Assembly: GCA_034722415.1 (NCBI GenBank)
Contig: JAYENY010000006.1
Span: forward strand, 1 to 45,806
DNA from: Patescibacteria group bacterium
GTDB taxonomy: Bacteria > Patescibacteriota > Minisyncoccia > Minisyncoccales > PEYH01
Length of the DNA stretch: 45,806 nucleotides
Direction of reading: 5' to 3'
The translations under genes were made by a program, and so were the position numbers. Under the pieces are notes generated by a model. The model ran no database searches. It was not told the DNA's origin and was given only the letters and a program-made list of their open reading frames with translations. This document shows positions 34,922 to 43,451 of the stretch, in pieces (the first letter of the stretch is position 1; each line of letters begins with the position of its first letter).

Positions 34922-35164
34922 TTATTTCTTGCTTAATTCACTAAGACGCTCTTTGATTGCTTTTAGTTCCTCTTCTAATGCTTTAGTTTCCTCGGTTAAC
35001 ATCTCTTTTTCTTCTGTATTAGTTATTGATCTTGCATAACATCCAAATCTTCCTCTTCCGAAACCAAAACCTCTTCCTCGAGCAACTCCAGCACCACATG
35101 AGCCTAATCCTCTTCCTGTTCTTGGTCCAGCACCTGCTGGGCCCATTCCATTTTGATATGGCAT
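34922..35164 (-). CDS. DUF5320 family protein (Gly/Arg-rich N-terminus plus coiled-coil C-terminus)
   Basis: Track ORF of 80 aa. MPYQNGMGPAGAGPRTGRGLGSCGAG...GRGFGFGRG then a helical E/K-rich tail, as I recall for DUF5320. Confidence 0.65.
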   Translation of the reverse strand: MPYQNGMGPAGAGPRTGRGLGSCGAGVARGRGFGFGRGRFGCYARSITNTEEKEMLTEETKALEEELKAIKERLSELSKK

Positions 35165-35213
35165 AATTTTATTAATTTAATTATTTTTTATTTCACTACG
35201 ACCTTTCAGTTAT

Positions 35214-35242
35214 GAGTATATACCCATAATAATTCTCTGTCA
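35214..35242 (-). promoter_or_regulatory. putative promoter of the DUF5320-DUF134-permease unit (TTGACA-N17-TATACT)
   Basis: Minus-strand TTGACA at 35237-35242 and TATACT at 35214-35219. Confidence 0.45.
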
Positions 35243-35364
35243 AGTCTTTTTTTGCGTAAATAAGAAAAAACTGACTAAAAAATATTTTTGCCAGCTTTCG
35301 CAATAAATAATGCTTGTAAATAATTAGGGGATCCCCTTTTTCGGTCAAATGCTAAAATTCAAAT

Positions 35365-36546
35365 CTAAAAAATATTAAATGGCAATAAACCAAAGAAATA
35401 ATAAAGGCCAAGTAATAATAAAACAATCGAAGCAACCAAGCTAGCTGCAACCATAAATTTTCCAGAAGCAATCCAAATCTTTCTTGTCCAAACAGCAATC
35501 AAGAAAATAACTATCTCGTCAAGCATATAGAAAAGAATAAACACAAACAAGTAAATTAAATAAGAAGACGAAGATAGGTCTGCTTGAGCAAGCGCTCCGG
35601 CGAAAATAACAGGCAAATAGGCCGAACAAGGAAATTCTATTACTGTAATAATAGCAGCGAAAATAATTATGCTTCCTGCTAGCGCTGCAACACTCGCTGT
35701 CTTTTTAAAAGAATCCTTAAGTTTCTTGTTTAATTTCTGAGAAAGATTGCTTTCCCCAACTTCGCAAACAGCTCCTTGCTTTCTATACTTAATAAATTGT
35801 CTGAAAAAATATACTGCACCAAAAAGTGCTAAGAATCCGACAAAAATTTCCATGTATCTTAAATAAGAACCTAATATAGAAAAAAACTGATACCAAAGAA
35901 ATATCAATACTCCATAGATGATCCCAGTTGTTAAAAGAAAGGTACCTCCTAGGATTAGTGTCTTTTTTCTTGATTTAAATGCTAAAACCATTCCTAAAAT
36001 TAGAACAATAACTCCTAGAGAACAAACATTAAAGCCATCAAATAATCCTAAAATAACAGCCAAGGCAAATAAAGAATGTTCTTTGGGGTTTACCTCTCCT
36101 AAAAAAGGAATTTTAAGCCTCCCTTCATCTTCTAATAAAGGAAGACCCATTTTTGTACGAATAGCATTTTCTATTTTTTTCCCCATCCCCTCTTCACTAT
36201 CAAACCCTAAGAAGAACTCTGAACCAACAAATGTCATGGGAACCAAACCAAGATATTTCTCAACCTTAGACTCTTTGCACAGTTTCTTCATCAATATTGC
36301 GCCTTCGGGATCTTCGCTATCATAATTGTGAATAATAATCTTGGGATATTTTTCCTCCATTCTGATTAAAAATTTTGCTTCGTCCGCGCAATGGGGACAT
36401 CCTTGACTATGAAAAAAATATATTTCTATTTTTTCACTTATCTCTTCTGCTAGTATCCGATCATTAGGCACAAAAAGAAAACCACCCAAAAATAATGCAA
36501 GGGTTAGCCCAAGAAAAAACCCTTTCTTTATAAGAAAATTATCCAT
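35365..36546 (-). CDS. thioredoxin-like domain fused to a CcdA/DsbD-type transmembrane thiol-disulfide transporter
   Basis: Track ORF of 393 aa. N-terminal TM helix, CPHC motif in a thioredoxin-like module, then about 6 TM with Cys in TM regions (FNVCSL, EFPCSAY). Confidence 0.7.
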   Translation of the reverse strand: MDNFLIKKGFFLGLTLALFLGGFLFVPNDRILAEEISEKIEIYFFHSQGCPHCADEAKFLIRMEEKYPKIIIHNYDSEDPEGAILMKKLCKESKVEKYLGLVPMTFVGSEFFLGFDSEEGMGKKIENAIRTKMGLPLLEDEGRLKIPFLGEVNPKEHSLFALAVILGLFDGFNVCSLGVIVLILGMVLAFKSRKKTLILGGTFLLTTGIIYGVLIFLWYQFFSILGSYLRYMEIFVGFLALFGAVYFFRQFIKYRKQGAVCEVGESNLSQKLNKKLKDSFKKTASVAALAGSIIIFAAIITVIEFPCSAYLPVIFAGALAQADLSSSSYLIYLFVFILFYMLDEIVIFLIAVWTRKIWIASGKFMVAASLVASIVLLLLGLYYFFGLLPFNIF

Positions 36547-36581
36547 TTCCTTGAAAAATAAATCTAATTAATAATTTAATT

Positions 36582-36773
36582 TTATTTGTTTTCTGTATCC
36601 TCCTCTATCGCTCCAAAAGGACAAACTTTTGAACCACCGCACTCTTCTAGTTTCTCATGATCAATTACTATAGCCTTCATATCGTCTCCTAGCTTTGTTG
36701 AACCAGGACACGCCTGGACACAAGTGCCGCAACCAATACATCTTTCTTTATTTATTTTAAATTTTTTAGTCAT
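36582..36773 (-). CDS. small 4Fe-4S ferredoxin
   Basis: Track ORF of 63 aa. CIGCGTCVQACP plus a distal ...VCP. Confidence 0.85.
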   Translation of the reverse strand: MTKKFKINKERCIGCGTCVQACPGSTKLGDDMKAIVIDHEKLEECGGSKVCPFGAIEEDTENK

Positions 36774-36796
36774 AAAACTATTTTAATACATTTAAA

Positions 36797-37765
36797 TTAT
36801 TTGAGCAACAATTGAAAAAGAAAGAATAAAACATAAATGAATAGAAGAATCTTTGCTTCTCTTTTCGTAATTTCATCTCCTGTTTTAGAGAAAATTAAAA
36901 ACATTAGAACAGTAATTCCTGTAAAGATAAAGGCACAAAGATATAAGGCAGTACTATAAATTCTAAAGGGACTAATAAGACAAGTTATTCCTAATATTAA
37001 TGCGGAATTAATTATAATAGAGCCAAAGACATTCCCTAAAACCATTTCTTTCTCTTTCATAATAACTGACCGAATTCCAAAACTTAATTCTGGCAAAGAA
37101 GTGCCTAGGGCTACAATTAACGCACCTATTAACACTAAAGACAAATTAAATTGTTGTGCAAGCCTAGTGCCAAAGAAAACAATGGCTTGAGCGGTCAAAA
37201 TTATGAGTCCAAAGCTTAAAAGAAAAATTATTAAGTCTCTAAAAAACAACCTAAAGTTCTTAATTGTTACTTCTGATTCTTCGTCCTTATCTAAAAATGT
37301 TTTTTTGAATCTTCGTTGGGATAATATAAGCTCTCTGAAATAAAAGACAAGGGCAATAATTAAAATTACTCCATCAATCCGAGACGCTTCTCCATCCATA
37401 ATTAAAAGCAATGGCAATAGCGCATATAGACCAGCAAACATCAAAGATCGTTGTATAGTTCTCCCTTTAAGCTTTATTTTCCCTCCCATAAGAACAGCTA
37501 CTCCGATAATAAGGGTAAACAAAATTATATTAGAACCAATAACATTACCGAAAGAAAGCTCAGACTTACCAGCAAGAGATGCAGTTATTCCTACAAAGAA
37601 TTCAGGCATTGAGCTTACTAAACCCATAAGCAATGAAGCAACAATAAATTTCTTCCAATTCAAAAAATCCGCTATTTTCATCAGTGATCTTACAGCCCAA
37701 GAGCCTGCCTTAGCTAAAACCAAGCAAGAGATGATAAAAAATAAAATATGTAATCCAACACTCAT
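36797..37765 (-). CDS. Na+/Ca2+ exchanger family (CaCA, YrbG-like) membrane protein
   Basis: Track ORF of 322 aa. Two alpha-repeat motifs (GNVIGSNI and GNVFGSII) and about 10 TM. Confidence 0.8.
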   Translation of the reverse strand: MSVGLHILFFIISCLVLAKAGSWAVRSLMKIADFLNWKKFIVASLLMGLVSSMPEFFVGITASLAGKSELSFGNVIGSNIILFTLIIGVAVLMGGKIKLKGRTIQRSLMFAGLYALLPLLLIMDGEASRIDGVILIIALVFYFRELILSQRRFKKTFLDKDEESEVTIKNFRLFFRDLIIFLLSFGLIILTAQAIVFFGTRLAQQFNLSLVLIGALIVALGTSLPELSFGIRSVIMKEKEMVLGNVFGSIIINSALILGITCLISPFRIYSTALYLCAFIFTGITVLMFLIFSKTGDEITKREAKILLFIYVLFFLFQLLLK

Positions 37766-37792
37766 AATAAATAATAATTAATTTGTAATTAT

Positions 37793-40408
37793 CTAAGTTT
37801 GATGACGAACAATAAAATAATGTTTAACGGCTTCAATTAAGAATATTTCTAGAAATCCCAGTCCCAATACAATCCACCAATCATAGAAATGCAAAGGAAT
37901 GGTCCTTAATAGGTTGTTAAAAAATGGAACATACAAAGCAACAAAAAGGGCTATAAATCCCACTACCCAACCCGTGAGTAATACTTTGTTGGAAAAAATA
38001 TTAATATGCCACAAATTCCTTTCTAAGCTTTTACAGGAAAAGACATAAAATAAAGAATCAACTGCCAATGCCGCAAAAATCATTGTCCTTATGTAAATAA
38101 CATCTGTCCCATAAGCGCAAAGCCAGAAAAATAAACCCAAAAGGAATAAATCGGTGATTAATCCAATGGCGAAAATTATTACTTTCATTTCCTTGGTTAA
38201 AAGAGGTACTCCTTGTTTTGATGGCTTACGTTTCATTAACCCCTTCTCTTTCGATTCAAATGCCAAGGCTAAGCTAGGCAAACCATCTTCAACTAAATTT
38301 ATCCACAAAACCTGAACAGCAGTAAGAGGTAAAAACCACGGTTGGTTAAAAATTGTTGCAATAACCATGCTCCCTCCAATTAAGATAACCTCTGTGAAAC
38401 TGTCAGACAGCAAGTAAGTAATAACTCTTCTAATATTACTCAAGATTGCCCTGCCCTCTTCTACTGCAGCGACAATAATACTAAAGCTATCGTTCAAAAG
38501 AATCAAGTCTGAAATTTCTTTAGCAACGGTTGTTCCTGAACCAATAGCCACTCCAATATCTGCTTTTTTCAAAGCTGGAGCATCGTTAATCCCATCACCG
38601 GTCATCGCTACGACCTCTCCCCTGTCTTGCCATGCTTTAACTATCCTCATTTTATGCTTTGGTTCTACTCTCGCATAAATTTGTAAATCTTCTAGTTTTC
38701 CTTGGAGCTCTTTTTCAGAAAGCTTATCTACTTCCTTTCCTTCTATAATGTTATTCTTCGCTATTTTGAATCCTAATTGTTTGCCAACAGATTTGGCTGT
38801 TAATTTATGATCACCTGTCATGATAATTGTTCTCATGCCAGCATTCCGACAAATCTTCATTGCTTCTTTAGCTTCTTTTCTCAATGGATCAGAAAGCCCT
38901 AATAGTGCAACAATCTCTAATTTCTTAAAAGTTACATCACTAATCTTTGTTTTTGGTGTTTTCTTCTTGGCAAGAGCGATTATCCTGTACCCCTGGCCAG
39001 CCATCTTTACAAGCTCTTTCTCCCATTCCTGTTTGTCTACAATCTCTAAGTTGGACATTTCTAAAAGATTTTCTGGCGCTCCAGCAACAAAAAGGACATT
39101 ACTTTCATTTTCTTTATGAAGAGTAGCTAGAAATTTCCTTTGATTATCAAACGGCATTTCATCGATTTTTGGAAACTCTTGGTCTATCTCTTCTTTTGAA
39201 AAGCCGCCCTTGAGACCAAACAAAATCATTGCCCTCCCAGTCGGATCTCCTCTAACAATCCACTCTTTCCTTGGGTCCGCTATATTCTCAATAAATGCTT
39301 CATTACAAAGAGCAGCAATTTTATAAGCTAAATCATTTGTTTCAGTTTTAGAAGAAGAACTAAAAAGCTGGCCAGAAGTTAATACTTCTGTTACCTTTAT
39401 TTTCCCTTGGGTTAAAGTAGCTGTTTTATCTGTACAAATAACCGAGGTGCTGCCCAATGTTTCTGCTGCGACTAATTTTCTAACTAATCCTTTCTTCTTT
39501 AAAATTCTCTGCATTCCTAATGCTAGAATAACAGTCATTGCCACTGGTAACCCTTCCGGAATAGCAGCTACAGCAATTGCCACTGCAATAGTAAACATTT
39601 CCACAAACTCTCCTCCAGTAACCATCCCTTCAATAAAAATACATAAACAAACAAAAATAATTATTCCACTAACTATTTTAGAAAAATGAGCTAATTTTTT
39701 CTGATAAGGCGTTGCTTCTTCCTCTGTCTCTTTTACTGTGGTAGCTATCTTCCCAAGCTCTGTCGTTGCTCCTATATCTGTAAGCATGGCTCTTGCTTTC
39801 CCTTGCTCTACGATTGTACCCATATATACCATATTATCTCTATCCGCCATCGTTGTATCTGATGATAAAATCTTATCGTCTTTCTTGGCTGGCAACCATT
39901 CTCCAGTCAAAGCCATCTCATTGATTTTAAATTGATGTACTTCAATAATCCGACCATCAGCAGGAACCTTATCTCCTGCTTCTAAAATAATAATATCTCC
40001 AGGGACTAAATCAGAAGTATCGATAATTTTAATATTGTTTCCACGTAAAACTTTTGCTTTATGTTTTACTGCTTTTTTCAGCTCTGACAATGCTCGCGAT
40101 GCCTTAAACTCTTGGATATAGCCTATGACAGTATTTAAAATAACAGCTCCAAAAATAACAATCGCATCTGTTTTGTGTCCAAGAACTAAAACAATAATTC
40201 CTGCAATTAGTAGGATATAAATTAACGGACTACGAAATTGTTCTAAAAATATTCTTAATTTAGGAGCCGACTGTTCCTTGGGAAGTAAATTTTGACCGTA
40301 TTCTATCTGTCGCTCCAAAGCTTCATTATCTGTAAGCCCCTTTTTTATGTCAGATCCTAAAATTTTCGTTGCCTCTTTTATGGATAAATTGTGCCATCTT
40401 GCAATCAT
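37793..40408 (-). CDS. P-type (P2, Ca2+-ATPase-like) cation-transporting ATPase
   Basis: Track ORF of 871 aa. TGEW/TGES-like actuator region, phosphorylation site CTDKTATLT, MTGDHKLTA and TGDGINDAPALKKADIGVA motifs. Confidence 0.9.
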   Translation of the reverse strand: MIARWHNLSIKEATKILGSDIKKGLTDNEALERQIEYGQNLLPKEQSAPKLRIFLEQFRSPLIYILLIAGIIVLVLGHKTDAIVIFGAVILNTVIGYIQEFKASRALSELKKAVKHKAKVLRGNNIKIIDTSDLVPGDIIILEAGDKVPADGRIIEVHQFKINEMALTGEWLPAKKDDKILSSDTTMADRDNMVYMGTIVEQGKARAMLTDIGATTELGKIATTVKETEEEATPYQKKLAHFSKIVSGIIIFVCLCIFIEGMVTGGEFVEMFTIAVAIAVAAIPEGLPVAMTVILALGMQRILKKKGLVRKLVAAETLGSTSVICTDKTATLTQGKIKVTEVLTSGQLFSSSSKTETNDLAYKIAALCNEAFIENIADPRKEWIVRGDPTGRAMILFGLKGGFSKEEIDQEFPKIDEMPFDNQRKFLATLHKENESNVLFVAGAPENLLEMSNLEIVDKQEWEKELVKMAGQGYRIIALAKKKTPKTKISDVTFKKLEIVALLGLSDPLRKEAKEAMKICRNAGMRTIIMTGDHKLTAKSVGKQLGFKIAKNNIIEGKEVDKLSEKELQGKLEDLQIYARVEPKHKMRIVKAWQDRGEVVAMTGDGINDAPALKKADIGVAIGSGTTVAKEISDLILLNDSFSIIVAAVEEGRAILSNIRRVITYLLSDSFTEVILIGGSMVIATIFNQPWFLPLTAVQVLWINLVEDGLPSLALAFESKEKGLMKRKPSKQGVPLLTKEMKVIIFAIGLITDLFLLGLFFWLCAYGTDVIYIRTMIFAALAVDSLFYVFSCKSLERNLWHINIFSNKVLLTGWVVGFIALFVALYVPFFNNLLRTIPLHFYDWWIVLGLGFLEIFLIEAVKHYFIVRHQT

Positions 40409-40440
40409 TCCCCTATTTTAACTTAAAAAAAATATTATCT

Positions 40441-40470
40441 CAAATAAAACAATCCACTTTAAGTGGATTG
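40441..40470 (-). terminator. intrinsic terminator after the 155-aa membrane protein gene
   Basis: Minus strand reads CAATCCACT-TAA-AGTGGATTG (9 bp) followed by TTTTATTTG. Confidence 0.65.
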
Positions 40471-40515
40471 CTTTCTAAAAACACTCAAATTAAATAATTT
40501 TAACGTTATTATCTC

Positions 40516-40983
40516 TTAAACTTCCCTTCTATCTTTAGTCTCGCGACGGATAATAAGCCAATGGTAGAGATATAAAGGAAGGCCAACCAAAATCAGAGAT
40601 GTGTTTGTAGCCGCATCACGATGCCTCCTGCTAGTTAAGTAATCTATTCCTTCTCCTTTCTCCTCCCACCGCTTATACTCTTCAAGCCAACTCCTAATTT
40701 GAACTCTCTCTGATTCACTCAATTCTGCTCCATCTCCTGCCTGCTCAATCTTTTCAATAGGCATAGAAGGAGATAATGGTCTCATATAATCCATTTTCAT
40801 ATCCTGTTCTGCCTTTGTGAAAACAAATGCTTTTAGCCCCATGTTAACAAATCTCACACTACCAGAAATTAAAAGAGCTAAACCTACTAACGCAAAAAGA
40901 TAAAGATAAATTGTCCTAATTAAAGGATGGTGTTCCCTATTATTTGTTGGAGAATTTTTTTTATTCTTCATATTTTTTATCAA
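40516..40983 (-). CDS. hypothetical membrane protein (2 TM flanking a charged loop)
   Basis: Track ORF of 155 aa. I recognise no family. Confidence 0.55.
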   Translation of the reverse strand: MIKNMKNKKNSPTNNREHHPLIRTIYLYLFALVGLALLISGSVRFVNMGLKAFVFTKAEQDMKMDYMRPLSPSMPIEKIEQAGDGAELSESERVQIRSWLEEYKRWEEKGEGIDYLTSRRHRDAATNTSLILVGLPLYLYHWLIIRRETKDRREV

Positions 40984-41359
40984 TTTTCATAATTTCCCTC
41001 GACCTTTTCTTAATTGTAGCCATATAAAGCAAAATAGACGACACGATAAACGGAGCCCCCATAACAATCGCCACTAGCGAATTGTTTTGAGTAGCGATAA
41101 TAAAAATGAAAACCATTAAGGATAACCCTGATAGAAGAAGTAAGTGAGCTCCTAATTTCTTACTCCAAAACGCAACACCAGTGCTAATCGCAGCAAAGAA
41201 TAGAAATGTAACAAATAAAATTCCCTTAACACGGAGTTGCCCCTGATTTATAAAAATCTCTAGCCCTCCTTCGCTAATAGCGAATAAAGAAAAAAAGATT
41301 ATTGCTGGGAGACTAATTAACCGCGAAAGCCAAATTAAAATTTTTTGGGCAGTAATCAT
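40961..41359 (-). CDS. hypothetical membrane protein (approx. 4 TM)
   Basis: Track ORF of 132 aa, hydrophobic. Overlaps the downstream gene by 23 nt. Confidence 0.55.
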   Translation of the reverse strand: MITAQKILIWLSRLISLPAIIFFSLFAISEGGLEIFINQGQLRVKGILFVTFLFFAAISTGVAFWSKKLGAHLLLLSGLSLMVFIFIIATQNNSLVAIVMGAPFIVSSILLYMATIKKRSREIMKIDKKYEE

Positions 41360-41438
41360 TTTTTTAAATTATAAATATCTAAATATTAATAAAGTATAAC
41401 ACAATCTTTGAAAAGAATCTGTGGAAAATTGATTCAAG

Positions 41439-41461
41439 AAAACAAAAGAGCCTAACGGCTC
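41439..41461 (-). terminator. intrinsic terminator after the RRM protein gene
   Basis: Minus strand reads GAGCC-GTTA-GGCTC followed by TTTTGTTTT. Confidence 0.6.
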
Positions 41462-41494
41462 CTCTGTTTTTAAATTTAACACTGCGAAAGAATT

Positions 41495-41755
41495 TTAAAA
41501 GCTTTTCTTCATTGGTTTAGCTTCATCTACCACTATAGTTCTTCCTCCAAACTCTTTTCCGTTCAATGTGTCAATTGCTTTTTGAGCTTCCTCTTCAGAG
41601 GACATCTCAACGAAGCCAAATCCTTTAGAACGACCAGAAATCTTATCTACTATAATAGTTGCAGAATCTACTGTTCCAGCTTCTGCAAATAAATCCTTAA
41701 GAGCATCTTCGGTTGTCTCGTAAGGGAGACCTCCGACGTATAGCTTATTGCTCAT
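41495..41755 (-). CDS. RNA-binding protein with a single RRM domain
   Basis: Track ORF of 86 aa. RNP-2 LYVGGL and RNP-1 KGFGFVEM. Confidence 0.9.
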   Translation of the reverse strand: MSNKLYVGGLPYETTEDALKDLFAEAGTVDSATIIVDKISGRSKGFGFVEMSSEEEAQKAIDTLNGKEFGGRTIVVDEAKPMKKSF

Positions 41756-41822
41756 TGTTTTCCTAATCTTTGTAATTTATTAATTCTTCGACCTTGATTT
41801 CTTATACTAAGAAACATTCTCT

Positions 41823-41851
41823 AATATATATCAATTTTGCACCTATGTCAA
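41823..41851 (-). promoter_or_regulatory. putative promoter of the RRM protein gene (TTGACA-N17-TATATT)
   Basis: Minus-strand TTGACA at 41846-41851 and TATATT at 41823-41828. The leader of about 60 nt contains the hairpin TTTCTTA-GTA-TAAGAAA. Confidence 0.45.
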
Positions 41852-41869
41852 GATCTGACAGAATATAAA

Positions 41870-42445
41870 TTAATACTCTTCACACATAACTTGATAAAAG
41901 CTTTTTGGATGATCACAAGAGGGACATTTCTCTAGTGCTTCTATCCCAAAATGAACATATCCGCATTCTCGACAAAGCCATGATACTTCTTGCTCTTTTT
42001 TGAAAACCGCTCCTGACTCTACTTTGTCTAAAAGTTTTTGAAATCTATCTTCGTGATGTTTCTCAGCAATAGCAATTGCTTTTAGTCTATTGGCTATATC
42101 TTGTAATCCTTCTTCTTCAGCAATTTTAGCAAATTCTGGATACATTTGAATATGCTCATAATTCTCTCCAGCAATAGCGGCCTTAAGGTTCTCAACTGTA
42201 TTACCGTATGTCGTTGCAGCTCCTGATTCCACCTTAATTTCTCCTGTTTGGTCTTTGTTTAATTCTTGAATGTGCTCAAACAATCTCTTGGCGTGCACTT
42301 TCTCATTCTCTGCGGTTATCAAAAAAATTGCTGCTATTTGTTCAAACCCCTCTTTCTTAGCAATCTTGGCATAGAAATCATAACGATTCCTTGCTTGGCT
42401 TTCACCGATAAACGCTTTTGTTAAATTCTCAATTGTTTTTGTCAT
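41870..42445 (-). CDS. rubrerythrin
   Basis: Track ORF of 191 aa. Ferritin-like ExxH motifs and a C-terminal rubredoxin-like CRECG...CPSC. Confidence 0.9.
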   Translation of the reverse strand: MTKTIENLTKAFIGESQARNRYDFYAKIAKKEGFEQIAAIFLITAENEKVHAKRLFEHIQELNKDQTGEIKVESGAATTYGNTVENLKAAIAGENYEHIQMYPEFAKIAEEEGLQDIANRLKAIAIAEKHHEDRFQKLLDKVESGAVFKKEQEVSWLCRECGYVHFGIEALEKCPSCDHPKSFYQVMCEEY

Positions 42446-42484
42446 TTTTTTTAATTAATAATTATATCTTATCTTAACATTAAC

Positions 42485-43420
42485 TTACTTTAATGTCTGT
42501 AAATACTTAAAAATGCTTTCAGCGGCAACTGCTCCCTCGCTTGAAGCATTCACAATTTGCCTAAACCCATTAGAATTAGTAGTAATATCTCCTGCTGCCC
42601 AAATTCCTTTTTCGCTTGCTCTCTGATCTCCTTCAACCTTTATATACCCAGCTTGATCAAGATCTAAATCCAACTCTTTTGCCAAATCTGTTCGGGGAAT
42701 AGTGCCAATTTCAATAAATAACCCATGAATTGAAATTTCTTTCTGCCCATTATGTGAATTATCTAAAACAATTCCCTCTAATTTGTCTTTCCCCTTAACT
42801 TCAGTCACCTGTGTATTATAAATAACTTCTATTTTGTCATTTTCTAATAATTGTTGAATCCATGCCACTTCTCCACGCATTTTCTCTCCCCTATAAATCT
42901 GATAAACATGTTTTGCTATTTCAGACAGATATAGCGAGGCTGTATGGGCGCTGTCGCTACCGCCTATAACCGCTACTGTCTTGTCTTGATAAAACATAGC
43001 ATCACAAGTTGCACAATAGGAAATTCCCTTTCCTAAAAATCGATCTTCATTGGGTAATTCCAATTTACGATGCTTTGTTCCAATGGCTAGAAGCAATGTT
43101 TTTGCTAAAATATCGTGTCCTAGTCCAGTTGAAATCGTAAATCCATTCTTTTCTTTCCTTATCTTAGTAACTTGATCTATCAAAATCGAAGCACCTAATG
43201 ATTGGGCGTGATCCTGCATTTTTTCAGTTAGCTCTCTTCCTGTTACCTCTTTCTCTGAGGGGAAATTACAGATTTTGTGAGCTTCAAACACTAATCCTCC
43301 CATGGCCTGGCCAATAATTAAATTATCCACCCTATACCGAGAAGCATATATAGATGCTGTTAGTCCAGCTGGGCCAGTTCCAATAATGACTAATGGATAT
43401 TCTTTTTTAATATTTGTCAT
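42485..43420 (-). CDS. trxB: thioredoxin-disulfide reductase family flavoprotein
   Basis: Track ORF of 311 aa. GTGPAG FAD motif and the CATCDA redox centre. The NADPH-site motif is divergent (IYRGEKMRG in place of HRRDxFRA). Confidence 0.85.
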   Translation of the reverse strand: MTNIKKEYPLVIIGTGPAGLTASIYASRYRVDNLIIGQAMGGLVFEAHKICNFPSEKEVTGRELTEKMQDHAQSLGASILIDQVTKIRKEKNGFTISTGLGHDILAKTLLLAIGTKHRKLELPNEDRFLGKGISYCATCDAMFYQDKTVAVIGGSDSAHTASLYLSEIAKHVYQIYRGEKMRGEVAWIQQLLENDKIEVIYNTQVTEVKGKDKLEGIVLDNSHNGQKEISIHGLFIEIGTIPRTDLAKELDLDLDQAGYIKVEGDQRASEKGIWAAGDITTNSNGFRQIVNASSEGAVAAESIFKYLQTLK

Positions 43421-43451
43421 ATTATAGTATGGTTTTAAATATTCTTCCTCC

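Noticed and set aside
35326-35337. The palindrome AGGGGATCCCCT downstream of the thioredoxin-CcdA gene as a terminator or operator
   Set aside because: It is loop-less as a hairpin (effective stem of only 3-4 bp) and lacks a convincing U-run on the minus strand. It could be a protein-binding palindrome, but a single 12-mer is weak evidence.
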